A DNA stretch of 64,000 nt from an uncultured Syntrophomonadaceae bacterium (lineage in GTDB: Bacteria > Bacillota > Dethiobacteria > DTU022), in NCBI GenBank assembly GCA_964585925.1, contig CAZPFS010000005.1, positions 4,808-68,807 of the forward strand. The letters run 5' to 3'. Below are positions 28,212-38,318 of the stretch, piece by piece. The notes beneath the pieces were generated by a model, which was not told the origin of the DNA, searched no databases, and was given only the letters and a program-made list of their open reading frames with translations. A program made the translations under genes and the position numbers. Position 1 is the stretch's first letter. The number at the start of each line of letters is the position of its first letter.

Positions 28212-29060
28212 GTGTCCAAAAAGCTCAAGGCAGCGGTAGTAGTATTGGCGTTATTGTTGGCAGCCACCGGTTTTTCTTGGCCGGCAATGGCCGGGGGACG
28301 GGAACAGTATCTATCTCCCCTGTATATCGCTCAGCTTCAACAATTCGCGGAACAGGCTGCTTTCAAAGAGATGGATCTGCTGGATTATACGGTGCAAAAA
28401 GGGGACAACCTTACGGCCATTGCCGGGCGTTTTGGAACCGAAGCGGAAGCCCTGGCCGGTTTAAACGATATTGCCAACCCGCATCTTATTTATGCCGGCC
28501 AGACTATTAAGATATTGATCGGCGAGGGAGCTGTTCACCGGGTAGAATCCGGAGAAACCCTGGACAGCATAGCCCGGCTGTACGGAGTAGACCCGGGATC
28601 CATTATTCCTGTAAATCATGGGGGTAGCGGAACCTTGCTTCAGCGGGGCGAAAGGGTGATTATTCCCGGTGCCGGCAATATAGCGGATATAGTGAGCCTG
28701 GGGTGGCCTGTTAGCGGTGGACGCATCAGTTCGGGTTTTGGCCGGCGGGGAGATGGCTTCCACTATGGGATTGATCTGGCCGTGCCGCTGGGTCATCCGG
28801 TTTACGCCGCCGGTGGGGGAATAGTATCTTTTTCGGGATACCAGGGAAGTTACGGTTTAATGGTAGAGGTGGATCACGGCGGCGGCTGGCAAACCCGTTA
28901 TGCACATGCCGGTAAAATTTTTGTTTCTACCGGACAGAAAGTTGCCGCAGGTCAGTTGTTGGGAGAGGTCGGCTTGACCGGTAACACGACCGGATCTCAC
29001 CTTCACTTCGAGGTGGTTCACTATGGATTGAGGATAGATCCGCTGCGGATTCTTCCATAA
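28212..29060 (+). CDS. M23 family metallopeptidase with signal peptide and two LysM domains
   Basis: LysM repeats (YTVQKGDNLTAIAGRFG; HRVESGETLDSIARLYG); M23 motifs HYGIDLAV and GNTTGSHLHFEV; GTG start with RBS GAAGGAGAAG. Confidence 0.85.
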   Translation: MSKKLKAAVVVLALLLAATGFSWPAMAGGREQYLSPLYIAQLQQFAEQAAFKEMDLLDYTVQKGDNLTAIAGRFGTEAEALAGLNDIANPHLIYAGQTIKILIGEGAVHRVESGETLDSIARLYGVDPGSIIPVNHGGSGTLLQRGERVIIPGAGNIADIVSLGWPVSGGRISSGFGRRGDGFHYGIDLAVPLGHPVYAAGGGIVSFSGYQGSYGLMVEVDHGGGWQTRYAHAGKIFVSTGQKVAAGQLLGEVGLTGNTTGSHLHFEVVHYGLRIDPLRILP

Positions 29061-29252
29061 TTTTAGATGGACCAACATAGGGGGAACTATCTTTGTTCAG
29101 GGCAGGGCGGGCCAACAACCAACGAAAACCAGTTCTTTTGGGGTCAGCGGAAGAATTAATCATGACTCGCCTGAATTTTACAACTACAACAGTAATTTCT
29201 ATAAATATCGGAAGCCGGAGATCGGCTTAAAACCCTGTTTTGAGGGATACCC

Positions 29253-29381
29253 ATGAATATTTTGGTATTTTCCAAAGGGTATTGGGAAGAAATTATATGG
29301 GGCATGACGTTAAACCCGGGATATATTGAACTAGCCGGAAGAAGAATCCGGGATCGTATCGAGCAGGCCATTAATACCTGA
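29253..29381 (+). CDS. Hypothetical 42-aa small protein ([42 protein letters not shown])
   Basis: ORF below the track length cutoff; plausible RBS GAGGGA 6 nt upstream; lies in an otherwise empty 420-bp gap; no family recognised. Confidence 0.2.
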   Translation: MNILVFSKGYWEEIIWGMTLNPGYIELAGRRIRDRIEQAINT

Positions 29382-29484
29382 AAGCGGTCCGGTTGAAATT
29401 TGGGGGAAATTACTTTTCTTGCAGACTGGCCCGAAATATGATATTATTTTTTACTGTGAAGAATTACATGGAGGTTTCAAAGAT

Positions 29485-29682
29485 ATGAAAGATAAAATTC
29501 ATCCTCCTTATTTTCGCACCACTGTTACTTGTGCCTGTGGCGAAACTTTTGAAACAGGTTCCACCAAGGAGAATTTAAGGGTGGAGATCTGTTCCCGGTG
29601 CCATCCTTTCTTTACCGGCAAACAGAAATTTGTGGACACCGGGGGCCGGGTGGAACGCTTCAAGAAGAAATACGGTTTATAG
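29485..29682 (+). CDS. rpmE: 50S ribosomal protein L31 (zinc-ribbon type A)
   Basis: MKDKIHP...CxCG...[12 protein letters not shown]; 65 aa; RBS GGAGG. Confidence 0.85.
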   Translation: MKDKIHPPYFRTTVTCACGETFETGSTKENLRVEICSRCHPFFTGKQKFVDTGGRVERFKKKYGL

Positions 29683-29693
29683 GAGTAGGGGTA

Positions 29694-29721
29694 AAAAGCA
29701 GAGCTTTTTGCTCTGCTTTTT
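29694..29721 (+). terminator. Rho-independent terminator after rpmE
   Basis: aaaagcagagc-tttt-tgctctgctttt hairpin followed by a T-run. Confidence 0.6.
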
Positions 29722-29752
29722 AATATCGGCTACAAGGAGCCTGGTGAGATCC

Positions 29753-30682
29753 ATGTCCAAGCCTCAATGGGTAGGCGGTGCGGCGGTAGTGGAAGGGGTT
29801 ATGATGCGTCACCGGGATGTGATGGCCATTGCCTTCCGGCGCGGCGACAACACAATCGGGCTATACAGGGAAAAATTTGTTCCCTTTACCGAACGTTTTA
29901 CACCGCTCAAGTGGCCCGTTTTGCGGGGGATGGCCGTGTTTCTGGAATCTCTGATTACGAGCATGCGGGCGCTCAATATCTCTGCCGCTCAGGTTCTGGA
30001 AGATGAAGGGGAAGAGCTTACGGGATGGCAAACGGTCCTGGTGCTTATTCTGGGCCTGGGCCTGGGCCTGGGTTTGTTCTTTGTATTGCCCACCCTGCTG
30101 GTCCGGTTCCTGCCCTTTAAATCCGGAATCGGGCTGAATCTGGCGGAGGGTTTTACCAGGCTGGCCATATTTCTGGCTTATTTGGCCCTGATTGCCCGCT
30201 GGGGCGATATACAGCGGTTCCTGCAATATCACGGGGCGGAGCACAAGACAATTCATTGTTTTGAAAGCAAAGCATCGCTGGAACCCGCTTGCGCCCGCAA
30301 ATTTTCCACCCGCCATCCCCGCTGTGGGACCAGTTTGATCCTGACGGTGATGGTGGTCAGCATAGTTCTCTTTTCATTTTTTGGGTGGCCCTCGCCGCTG
30401 CAGCGGATTATAATTCGCCTGGGTCTGCTTCCCCTGGTGGCCGGGCTTTCCTACGAGATTACCCGGCTGACCGCGCGCAGGGGATGGTTTATCTCCAAAT
30501 TGTTGGGAACCCCGGGGCTGTGGCTGCAGGCACTGACTACCCGGGAGCCCGATGACGGCCAGTTGGAAGTGGCGATCAGCGCTTTGCAGGCGGTAATGGA
30601 GCCACTGACGGTCACCGAAACTAGTGGATACAAGGTGAATGCAGATGCTGGAAAAGCTGGAAGCCCAGGAGAATCGTTTTAA
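29753..30682 (+). CDS. DUF1385 family membrane protein
   Basis: N-terminal [12 protein letters not shown] motif and several TM helices; DUF1385 genes commonly sit between rpmE and prfA in Firmicutes. Confidence 0.65.
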   Translation: MSKPQWVGGAAVVEGVMMRHRDVMAIAFRRGDNTIGLYREKFVPFTERFTPLKWPVLRGMAVFLESLITSMRALNISAAQVLEDEGEELTGWQTVLVLILGLGLGLGLFFVLPTLLVRFLPFKSGIGLNLAEGFTRLAIFLAYLALIARWGDIQRFLQYHGAEHKTIHCFESKASLEPACARKFSTRHPRCGTSLILTVMVVSIVLFSFFGWPSPLQRIIIRLGLLPLVAGLSYEITRLTARRGWFISKLLGTPGLWLQALTTREPDDGQLEVAISALQAVMEPLTVTETSGYKVNADAGKAGSPGESF

Positions 30683-31715
30683 AGAGCTGGAGCAACTGTT
30701 GAGTGATCCCCGGATCATCGAGCAGCGGGAACTCTGGCAAAACTATTCCCGGGAGCTGGCCTCCCTGATGGAGCCGGTGGATCTGTACAGGAAATACAAG
30801 CTGCTTTCACGGGAGCTGCATGATTGCCGGCAGATGATCACGGAATCCGATGATCCCGAAATGACCGTTTTTTTGGAGCAGGAGCTCAGGGATTTGACCG
30901 GCCGGCAGGAGAGATTGACTGAAAAGATCACCGAATCGCTTATCCCCGAGGATCCCAGCGACCGTAAAAGCGTATTTATGGAAATTCGGGCCGGCACAGG
31001 GGGAGAAGAAGCGGCGCTTTTTGCCGCGGATCTGCTTCGGATGTATACCCGGTTTGCCGAGCAAAAGGGATGGAAAATGGAACTGGTAGAAGCCCATCCT
31101 ACGGATATTGGCGGGTTCAAGGAGGTGGTGGTGGGGGTGGAGGGGAAAGGTGTTTACGGCCACCTAAAATATGAGAGCGGCGTGCACCGCGTGCAGCGGG
31201 TCCCCACTACCGAATCAAGCGGCCGCATTCATACCTCAGCGGCCACGGTGGCGGTGTTGCCGGAGGCGGAGGAAGTAGAAGTGGACATAAACCCTCAGGA
31301 TTTAAGGATTGATGTCTTCTGTTCAACCGGCCCCGGAGGGCAGAGTGTCAATACCACCCAATCGGCGGTACGGGTAACCCATATTCCCACCGGGATAGTG
31401 GTCAGTTGTCAGGACGAAAAATCCCAGCACAAAAACAAAGACAAGGCTCTGCGGGTATTGCGGAGCCGGTTGCTCGATAAATTTGTTTCTGATCAGGAGG
31501 CCGAGCTGGCTCAGACCCGCCGGCAGATGGTAGGCAGCGGTGACCGCAGCGAACGTATCCGCACCTACAATTACCCCCAGAACCGGGTGACCGATCATCG
31601 GATCGGCCTGACCTTGCACAAACTTGATCTGGTGCTGGAGGGGGATCTGGATGAGGTCATACGCGAGCTGGCAGCGGCTGAAAGAGATCAGCAGTTGCAA
31701 ACCGCCGGAAATTAA
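30645..31715 (+). CDS. prfA: Peptide chain release factor 1
   Basis: PxT-context tripeptide region and GGQ motif ([12 protein letters not shown]); about 356 aa. Confidence 0.9.
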   Translation: MLEKLEAQENRFKELEQLLSDPRIIEQRELWQNYSRELASLMEPVDLYRKYKLLSRELHDCRQMITESDDPEMTVFLEQELRDLTGRQERLTEKITESLIPEDPSDRKSVFMEIRAGTGGEEAALFAADLLRMYTRFAEQKGWKMELVEAHPTDIGGFKEVVVGVEGKGVYGHLKYESGVHRVQRVPTTESSGRIHTSAATVAVLPEAEEVEVDINPQDLRIDVFCSTGPGGQSVNTTQSAVRVTHIPTGIVVSCQDEKSQHKNKDKALRVLRSRLLDKFVSDQEAELAQTRRQMVGSGDRSERIRTYNYPQNRVTDHRIGLTLHKLDLVLEGDLDEVIRELAAAERDQQLQTAGN

Positions 31716-31737
31716 CCCTGGATCGGGGAGTAACTTC

Positions 31738-32628
31738 ATGTTTGAGAAAAAAACAACTGTTCGGGAAGCCCTGGGAAGGGCTTCTTCTATCTTTGAGGAG
31801 GCGGGTCTGGAGAGCCCCCGCCGGGAGGCCGAAATCCTTTTTTCCCGGGTGCTGGGCATGGACCGCTTAAAGATCTTGCTGGGAGGGGAAATGGGCCTGA
31901 TCTCACCGCAGGTCACCCGGTTGGAAATTGCGGTCAATCGGAGGGCAAGGGGGGAACCGCTGGCTTACATTACCGGCAGACGGGAATTTTATGGTCTGGA
32001 ATTCGCAGTAAATCCGGATGTGTTGATCCCCCGCCCTGAATCGGAGCTGTTAATCGAGGCGGCCCTCAAATGGGCTGACCGATCAGGGTACGCCCGGGGA
32101 GAAGGGGTCGCGGCGGCGGATCTGGGCACCGGCAGCGGTAATCTGGCGGTAACACTGGCGGTTCATTTGCCCGGCGCCAGGATTTTGGCGCTGGACATCT
32201 CGGCGCAGGCTTTAGAGGTGGCGCGGGAAAACGCCCGCCGGCATGGCGTGGGAGGAAAAATATCCTGGTACCGTGGCGATTTTTTTTCAGCTCTTTCGGC
32301 AAGGCGTCCCCTGCCACAATTCAACCTTATAATGTCTAATCCTCCTTATATTCCCCGGGAGGATCTGCCAAAATTGCCCCTGACGGTAAGGGGATTTGAA
32401 CCCCTGCAGGCCCTTGACGGAGGACTCGGCGGTCTGGAGGGTTACCGAAAATTGCTTTCCGGTCTTCCCCGCCATCTGATCTCACCGGCACTGGTAGAGG
32501 TGGAGACAGGAGCGGGCCAGCATGGTGCCGTGGCCGGTTTATTTAAAGCTTCCGGCCTGTTTCAGCGGGTAGCGGTCGTCAACGATTACCAGGACCGGCC
32601 CCGGGTAGTGCAGGGGTTTACGGGTTGA
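31738..32628 (+). CDS. prmC: Release factor glutamine N5-methyltransferase PrmC/HemK
   Basis: SAM-binding DLGTGSGNLAV and NPPY motif (SNPPYIP); directly follows prfA. Confidence 0.85.
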   Translation: MFEKKTTVREALGRASSIFEEAGLESPRREAEILFSRVLGMDRLKILLGGEMGLISPQVTRLEIAVNRRARGEPLAYITGRREFYGLEFAVNPDVLIPRPESELLIEAALKWADRSGYARGEGVAAADLGTGSGNLAVTLAVHLPGARILALDISAQALEVARENARRHGVGGKISWYRGDFFSALSARRPLPQFNLIMSNPPYIPREDLPKLPLTVRGFEPLQALDGGLGGLEGYRKLLSGLPRHLISPALVEVETGAGQHGAVAGLFKASGLFQRVAVVNDYQDRPRVVQGFTG

Positions 32629-33000
32629 TGGGGATGTGATTGGGGGAACGGAACGATTCCACGCGGCCAATCTCCGGAGGCTATTGAGCTCAATCCGGTT
32701 TTTTCCCCCGATTTCCAGAACCTTTAATGCTCTTTTTAATCCTCCATACCGGCCACCACTGAATAAAACTGTCTCCTCCTTAACACTGTCACCGGATGGA
32801 AACATCCTGAATTGAGCCATCGCAAGCACCCCCCCCTTTTTTGCCAATATTTGACCAGTAAATCCATGGTTCCGGCCGGATTACAGGATAACTCCGGTTT
32901 ATAACCGCGGCTGCAGTGGCAATAATTATATATGTACATTCCGCGCCGCAGGTCTAAGTAATACCAATATTGGCAATAATAGGGGTGAGGGGGTAAGAGA

Positions 33001-33801
33001 ATGATTTCCTATAAAGTACAGCTCAGTGGAGTGAATACTTACAAATTACGCACCCTGTCATCCGATGAAATGCAGTTACTCTTTCTCAAGATCAAAGAAG
33101 GCGACGCACAAGCCCGGGAAAAGCTGGTGGAGTGCAACCTGCGCCTGGTACTGAGCATATTGCAGCGTTTTAAAAACAGGGGTGAGCCGCTGGACGATCT
33201 TTTCCAGGTTGGATGTATCGGCTTGATCAAGGCTATAGATAATTTTCAATTGGAGCAGGAGGTAAATTTCTCTACTTATGCCGTGCCCATGATTATAGGC
33301 GAGATCAAACGTTATCTTCGGGACAATAACAGCATTCACATCAGCCGTTCAGTGAAGAGCCTGGCCCAAAAAATCCAACAAACCAGGGAAAAGCTGATTA
33401 ACAGAAACTGCCGGGAGCCGAATATCAGTGAACTGGCCCGGGAAATGGATCTATCGCCGGAAGAGGTGGTATTTGCTTATAACGCCGTCCAGGAACCTGT
33501 TTCGTTGCATGATCCCGTTTACAACGACAGTACCGACCCGGTCTATGTTATGGATACCATCAGCGATACCAGCAGCGGGTGTGAGAAATGGCTGGATAAT
33601 CTGGCTTTACAGGAAGCGCTTTCCAGACTGGCTCCAAGGGAAAAATCAATCCTCGAAGCCCGTTTTATAAAAGGGCAAACCCAGGTGGAAATTGCCCGAC
33701 AGGTGGGCATATCCCAAGCCCAGGTCTCCAGAGTAGAAAAAGCTGCTTTGAAATTGATCCGCCAGTATTGCAGCAGTTCAGAACATGGGGAAAGGATATA
33801 A
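33001..33801 (+). CDS. Sporulation-type sigma-70 family factor closely resembling SigG (also SigF)
   Basis: Regions 2-4 are highly similar to B. subtilis SigG as recalled from memory (REKLVECNLRLVLSILQRFKNRGEPLDDLFQVGCIGLIKAIDNFQ; STYAVPMIIGEIKRYLRDNN; C-terminal HTH ...ISQAQVSRVEKAA). Confidence 0.8.
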   Translation: MISYKVQLSGVNTYKLRTLSSDEMQLLFLKIKEGDAQAREKLVECNLRLVLSILQRFKNRGEPLDDLFQVGCIGLIKAIDNFQLEQEVNFSTYAVPMIIGEIKRYLRDNNSIHISRSVKSLAQKIQQTREKLINRNCREPNISELAREMDLSPEEVVFAYNAVQEPVSLHDPVYNDSTDPVYVMDTISDTSSGCEKWLDNLALQEALSRLAPREKSILEARFIKGQTQVEIARQVGISQAQVSRVEKAALKLIRQYCSSSEHGERI

Positions 33802-33802
33802 T

Positions 33803-34480
33803 ATGCCGGGATCAAGGCAAAGGATCCTCTTATTCAATTTTATGCTGTGGATGTTCGCCGCTGCAGCGGCGCTTACGGGCAGTGGGAGTTTTGAAAGACA
33901 ACTTCAGCCGGGGCGGCAGTTCTGGAATGTTTATTCTGCTGGGGAGCCGGTTCTACGGTTACATGTCATTGCCAACAGCGATACGCCGGAGGATCAGGCG
34001 TATAAAGAGCAGGTGGTAAGGATCGTCAGACGAGAGCTGGATCATCAGGGTGCCTTTATATCCGCGGAGGCTTGTCGGGATTATGTCGGTCAGGCCATCC
34101 CCTCCCTGGAAAATGAGATCAGGAATTCACTGCCGGAGCCTGTGCCCGGACAAGGAGTATCCATGGAGATTGGCAGAAGTTTTTTTCCACTGCGGGCATA
34201 CGGCAATCAGGTACTTCCTCCCGGGCAATACCTGGCTCTAAAAATAATTATTGGCGCGGGAAAAGGAGAAAACTGGTGGTGCCTTTTATTTCCGCCGCTT
34301 TGCACAACCCTGACCGAGTGCGGGCCCGAAGAAGAACCGGCTGCCGGGACAGATGGGAAGGATCAAAAGCCGGATAGGCAGGATGAACCGGTGCGGCGAA
34401 GGTTTCAAGTCTGGGAATGGCTAAAACAGTGGCTCCGGCCGAAACAAATTACTGATTCCCTCCCGTTGCCGGGCGATTGA
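33803..34480 (+). CDS. spoIIR: Stage II sporulation protein R
   Basis: Signal peptide plus SpoIIR signature LRLHVIANSDTPEDQ; about 225 aa; ATG 1 nt after the sigma-factor stop codon, with RBS AAAGGA. Confidence 0.8.
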   Translation: MPGSRQRILLFNFMLWMFAAAAALTGSGSFERQLQPGRQFWNVYSAGEPVLRLHVIANSDTPEDQAYKEQVVRIVRRELDHQGAFISAEACRDYVGQAIPSLENEIRNSLPEPVPGQGVSMEIGRSFFPLRAYGNQVLPPGQYLALKIIIGAGKGENWWCLLFPPLCTTLTECGPEEEPAAGTDGKDQKPDRQDEPVRRRFQVWEWLKQWLRPKQITDSLPLPGD

Positions 34481-34556
34481 AAATAGGTTGCCGATCGGAT
34501 ATAATGCAAAGGGTTGTTAAAATCTAGCAGGCGGCATTATCCGGAGGAGGGTTGGG

Positions 34557-36173
34557 GTGTTTATAAAGGTTGCTGTCAGCCTAATCGGTGGCCTGGGCCT
34601 TTTTTTATTTGGAATTCAAATGATGGCTTCCGGAATGCAAAAGGCTGCCGGGGACAAGCTTCGACGTTTTTTGGAAGTGTTGAGCAACAAACCCCTGATG
34701 GGCGCTTTTACCGGTATGGTGGTGACCATGCTTATTCAAAGCAGCAGCAGCACTACGGTGATGGTGGTGGGGTTTGCTAATGCCGGGCTGATCAACCTGG
34801 CCCAGGCGGTAAGTGTGATTATTGGTGCCAATATCGGCACCACCGTTACCGCCCAGATTATCTCCTTCAATGTCACCGCCCTGGCTCTGCCGGCTATAGG
34901 CATCGGTTCATTGTTGAATTTTTTCGGGCACCGCCGGCTTTTCAGGTATCTGGGACAGGCTATTTTAGGATTTGGGCTGTTGTTTTTGGGTATCATGACT
35001 ATGTCCACCGGTGTGATCCCCTTAAAAGAGCTGCCAGCTTTCCACTATCTTCTGTTGCGCTTCGCTGAAAACCCCCTGCTGGGGGTGCTTTTCGGGGCTC
35101 TCTTTACCGCTGTCATTCAGGGCAGCGGTGCGGTGACCGGCGTAATTATCGCCCTGTCCACACAGGGGTTAATATCTTTGCCCTCTGCCCTCCCTCTTAT
35201 TCTGGGAACCAACATCGGCACCTGTATTACCGCTGTATTGGCCGGAATCGGCGCGAACATTACCGCCCGCCGGGCAGCTTTGGCCCACTTGCTGTTTAAC
35301 CTGTTCGGAGTAGCGCTGGCCCTTATTTTTCTAAAACCCTTTACCGGTCTGGTCTTAAACAGCGCCCATTCACTTCCCCGCCAGGTCGCGAATGGCCACA
35401 CCATTTTCAACCTGGCCAACACCATAATTGTGATGCTGTTTTTAAATTATTTTATCAAACTGTTGACCCATATTATCCCGGGCCCGGAATCCATGGTGGA
35501 TTTAAAGCCCAAATACCTGGACCGGCGCATTTTAAAGACACCTCCCATGGCCATCGGCGGAGCCAAGATGGAGCTGCTAAGAATGGCCTCCTTGGCCAGG
35601 GATATGCTGGCCAATTCCGTACAAACTTTCATGCACAATGACCTGAAAAGAGCTCAACATATCGAGCAGATGGAAGAACTGCTGGATGGCCTGGAAAAAG
35701 AAATAAATGTATATCTGGCGGAGGTGTCACAGCATTCTCTGACGGCTCAACAATCTAAAAGTATTGCCGGTTATATGTCGGCCGCCAATGATTTGGAGCG
35801 AATTGGCGATCATTCCGAAAACATTCTGCAGCTGGCCGAAACAAAATTTGAAGATCGGCTGCCTTTTTCGGACACTGCCCTGCAGGAGTTGCAATTGATA
35901 TATGACAAGGTCTATAGTACCCTTTCCAAGGCTATCAAGGCCTTTGAACTGGAGAATCTGGACCTGGCCCGGGAAGTGGTTGCCGAAGAAAATGAAATTG
36001 ATCGGGTAGAAAAAGAGTTGCGTCAGAGCCACATCCGGCGCATAAATCAGAAAAGCTGTCACCCTTCTTCCGGAGTGATCTATCTGGATGTGTTGAGCAA
36101 TCTGGAAAGGATAGCCGATCATGCCAACAACCTGGCTCAGGGAGTGATGGAAGATATCAATTTTAAGCCTTGA
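34557..36173 (+). CDS. Na/Pi-cotransporter II-related protein with C-terminal PhoU-like domain
   Basis: Duplicated Na_Pi_cotrans repeats (GANIGTTVTA / GTNIGTCITA) and C-terminal PhoU-like helices; GTG start with RBS GGAGGAGG. Confidence 0.8.
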   Translation: MFIKVAVSLIGGLGLFLFGIQMMASGMQKAAGDKLRRFLEVLSNKPLMGAFTGMVVTMLIQSSSSTTVMVVGFANAGLINLAQAVSVIIGANIGTTVTAQIISFNVTALALPAIGIGSLLNFFGHRRLFRYLGQAILGFGLLFLGIMTMSTGVIPLKELPAFHYLLLRFAENPLLGVLFGALFTAVIQGSGAVTGVIIALSTQGLISLPSALPLILGTNIGTCITAVLAGIGANITARRAALAHLLFNLFGVALALIFLKPFTGLVLNSAHSLPRQVANGHTIFNLANTIIVMLFLNYFIKLLTHIIPGPESMVDLKPKYLDRRILKTPPMAIGGAKMELLRMASLARDMLANSVQTFMHNDLKRAQHIEQMEELLDGLEKEINVYLAEVSQHSLTAQQSKSIAGYMSAANDLERIGDHSENILQLAETKFEDRLPFSDTALQELQLIYDKVYSTLSKAIKAFELENLDLAREVVAEENEIDRVEKELRQSHIRRINQKSCHPSSGVIYLDVLSNLERIADHANNLAQGVMEDINFKP

Positions 36174-36323
36174 AACAATAACAACCCGGAAACGGGCAAG
36201 GAAGTGACACTCACCGACAAAATGCAGCCGAATAACAGAGCTTGTCATGCTGCAGGCATAAGGATGGACAGGCAAATCCGGGAGGAAAAGTGCTTTCCTG
36301 ACGGGTGGCGGGGGGCGGCAACC

Positions 36324-37304
36324 ATGTTGCTGGCAGGGGGAGGCGAATCTGTCCGTAAGGCGGCTTCAATTTTGTTGCGGGGCGGGCTGGTGGCTTTTCC
36401 CACCGAAACAGTTTACGGGCTGGGGGCAGCAGTAGATCAGATTAAGGCAATCGATCGCATATTTGCTGTCAAGGGCCGCCCCGCAGATAACCCTTTGATT
36501 GTCCATATTTCTTGCCGCGCGCAGCTAGATCGGTTGGTTACGTATGTTTCTCCGGCCGCGGAACATTTGATGGACCGGTTCTGGCCGGGTCCTCTGACCC
36601 TTATCTTTCCCAGATTCCCGGCCATTCCGGCCGAGATCAGCGCCGGGCTGCCCACGGTGGCGGTAAGAATGCCCGCCCATTCCCTGGCCTTGAAGCTGAT
36701 CCGGGCCGCCGGGGTGCCTTTAGTGGCCCCCAGCGCCAACCTGTCGGGGCGGCCAAGTCCCACTACCGCTCGTCATGTGCTGACGGATCTGGCGGGGAAA
36801 ATAGAAGCCGTGCTGGACGGGGGGCCTTGCCGGGTGGGGGTTGAATCCACAGTGCTTGATCTTACCGGCGCCCGTCCGGTGATCTTGCGGCCGGGAGGGG
36901 TTTCCAGGGAGGAATTGGAACAGGCGATGCAAGTGGCGGTGGCGCCCGCCCACTGGCATGGCGGACAGAATCCGCCCTCTCCGGGGATGAAATACCGTCA
37001 TTATTCCCCGCAGGGCTCGCTGCTGTTGATTACCGGGGCCCCTGAACGCCGTCGTAAACTAATAGATTCCCTGGCCCGGTATTACCGGGATCGGGGCATA
37101 CCGGTAGAACTTCTTACCGGGGCGCAACTTAGAAGAGACGCACCGGACAAAGGGGACCTCGCCCGCTGTTTATATGGCAAGCTGCGCAGTTATGATCTGC
37201 GGGGGATAAAAGTAATCCTGGCTGAGGAAACCTCGCCGGAAGGAATGGGACTGGCGATCATGAACCGGCTGAGAAGGGCCGCGGCCAGGGTGATCAAGGT
37301 GTAA
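36324..37304 (+). CDS. tsaC: L-threonylcarbamoyladenylate synthase (Sua5/YwlC/TsaC, YrdC + Sua5 domains)
   Basis: YrdC motif VAFPTETVYGLGA; C-terminal Sua5 domain; start uncertain (an alternative ATG at 36264). Confidence 0.8.
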   Translation: MLLAGGGESVRKAASILLRGGLVAFPTETVYGLGAAVDQIKAIDRIFAVKGRPADNPLIVHISCRAQLDRLVTYVSPAAEHLMDRFWPGPLTLIFPRFPAIPAEISAGLPTVAVRMPAHSLALKLIRAAGVPLVAPSANLSGRPSPTTARHVLTDLAGKIEAVLDGGPCRVGVESTVLDLTGARPVILRPGGVSREELEQAMQVAVAPAHWHGGQNPPSPGMKYRHYSPQGSLLLITGAPERRRKLIDSLARYYRDRGIPVELLTGAQLRRDAPDKGDLARCLYGKLRSYDLRGIKVILAEETSPEGMGLAIMNRLRRAAARVIKV

Positions 37305-37319
37305 TTGGAGGAAAAGATC

Positions 37320-37811
37320 ATGATCCTGTTTATATGTACCGGCAACACCTGCCGGAGTGTCATGGCAGAGGCGTTAATGCGCCGGTTATGGCAGCAATAT
37401 GGCGATGATCGGGAGTTGATAATTTCCTCAGCGGGTCTCTCTCCCGTCGAGAAAAAATCCTCGCTGCATGTCCGGGAGTTGCTGGCTCGGGAGAAAATTT
37501 CCGTAGAATCCCATATTCCTTGCCGGATCACCAAATCACAGGTTGGTGAGGCGCGCCTTATTTTGGTAATGGAAGAATACCATCGCCAAAGGGTGCTGGA
37601 TCTTTATCCGAACGCAGCCGATAAAATATATTTATTGAAAGAATTTGCCGGTATTACCGGCGAGAATATGGACATCGAAGATCCCTACGGGGGTTCCAGG
37701 GCAACCTATAGTCGAATTCTGGAAGAGATCCGGGAAGCGGTAAAACAGGTAGTGGCCAAACTCATGGATCAGAATAAATTTGTTTCAGGAGAGGAGATTT
37801 CCCGAAAATGA
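37320..37811 (+). CDS. Low-molecular-weight protein tyrosine/arginine phosphatase (YwlE-like)
   Basis: CX5R P-loop ICTGNTCRS at the N-terminus and a DP motif; RBS GGAGG 8 nt upstream. Confidence 0.8.
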   Translation: MILFICTGNTCRSVMAEALMRRLWQQYGDDRELIISSAGLSPVEKKSSLHVRELLAREKISVESHIPCRITKSQVGEARLILVMEEYHRQRVLDLYPNAADKIYLLKEFAGITGENMDIEDPYGGSRATYSRILEEIREAVKQVVAKLMDQNKFVSGEEISRK

Positions 37812-38251
37812 GAATTGCATTGGGCAGCGATCATGCCGGATATACCCTGAAACAGGCTATTATTGATCATTGTAAAAACAGCAAAATCGACTGCTCTGAT
37901 TTCGGCACATTTTCCGAAGCGCCGGTTGATTATCCAGACATCGCCTTTCCGGTTATTCGGGCTATAATTTCCAAAGAATTTGATTTTGGAGTTTTAATTT
38001 GTGGTACAGGGATAGGGGTATCCATGATTGCCAACCGTTTTCAGGAAATCAGAGCTGCTCTGTGCAGCGATCCTTATACTGCCCGTTGTTCAAGAGAACA
38101 TAATAATGCCAACATTTTGACCCTTGGATCAAGGGTTACCGGTCCCGGTCTGGCGATGGAAATCGTAAAGGTGTTTTTAAATACTCCCTTCCAGGGGGGA
38201 AGACACCAGCGGCGGCTGGACAAGATCAGACTTTTGTCCGATCACAGATAA
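37808..38251 (+). CDS. rpiB: Ribose-5-phosphate isomerase B
   Basis: RpiB/LacAB fold (IALGSDHAG...GVLICGTGIG); about 147 aa. Confidence 0.85.
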   Translation: MRIALGSDHAGYTLKQAIIDHCKNSKIDCSDFGTFSEAPVDYPDIAFPVIRAIISKEFDFGVLICGTGIGVSMIANRFQEIRAALCSDPYTARCSREHNNANILTLGSRVTGPGLAMEIVKVFLNTPFQGGRHQRRLDKIRLLSDHR

Positions 38252-38318
38252 ATGCCGGCATAACCGATAATACAAGCTCAGGCAGGATAATTTCCTGCCG
38301 GTTACAGGGAGGCTCGTC

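Noticed and set aside
32539-32939. Minus-strand ORFs (102 and 67 aa) in the prmC-sigma intergenic region
   Set aside because: No RBS and no family resemblance, and the first overlaps the prmC 3' end. The region more likely holds the promoter and leader of the sigma-spoIIR operon.
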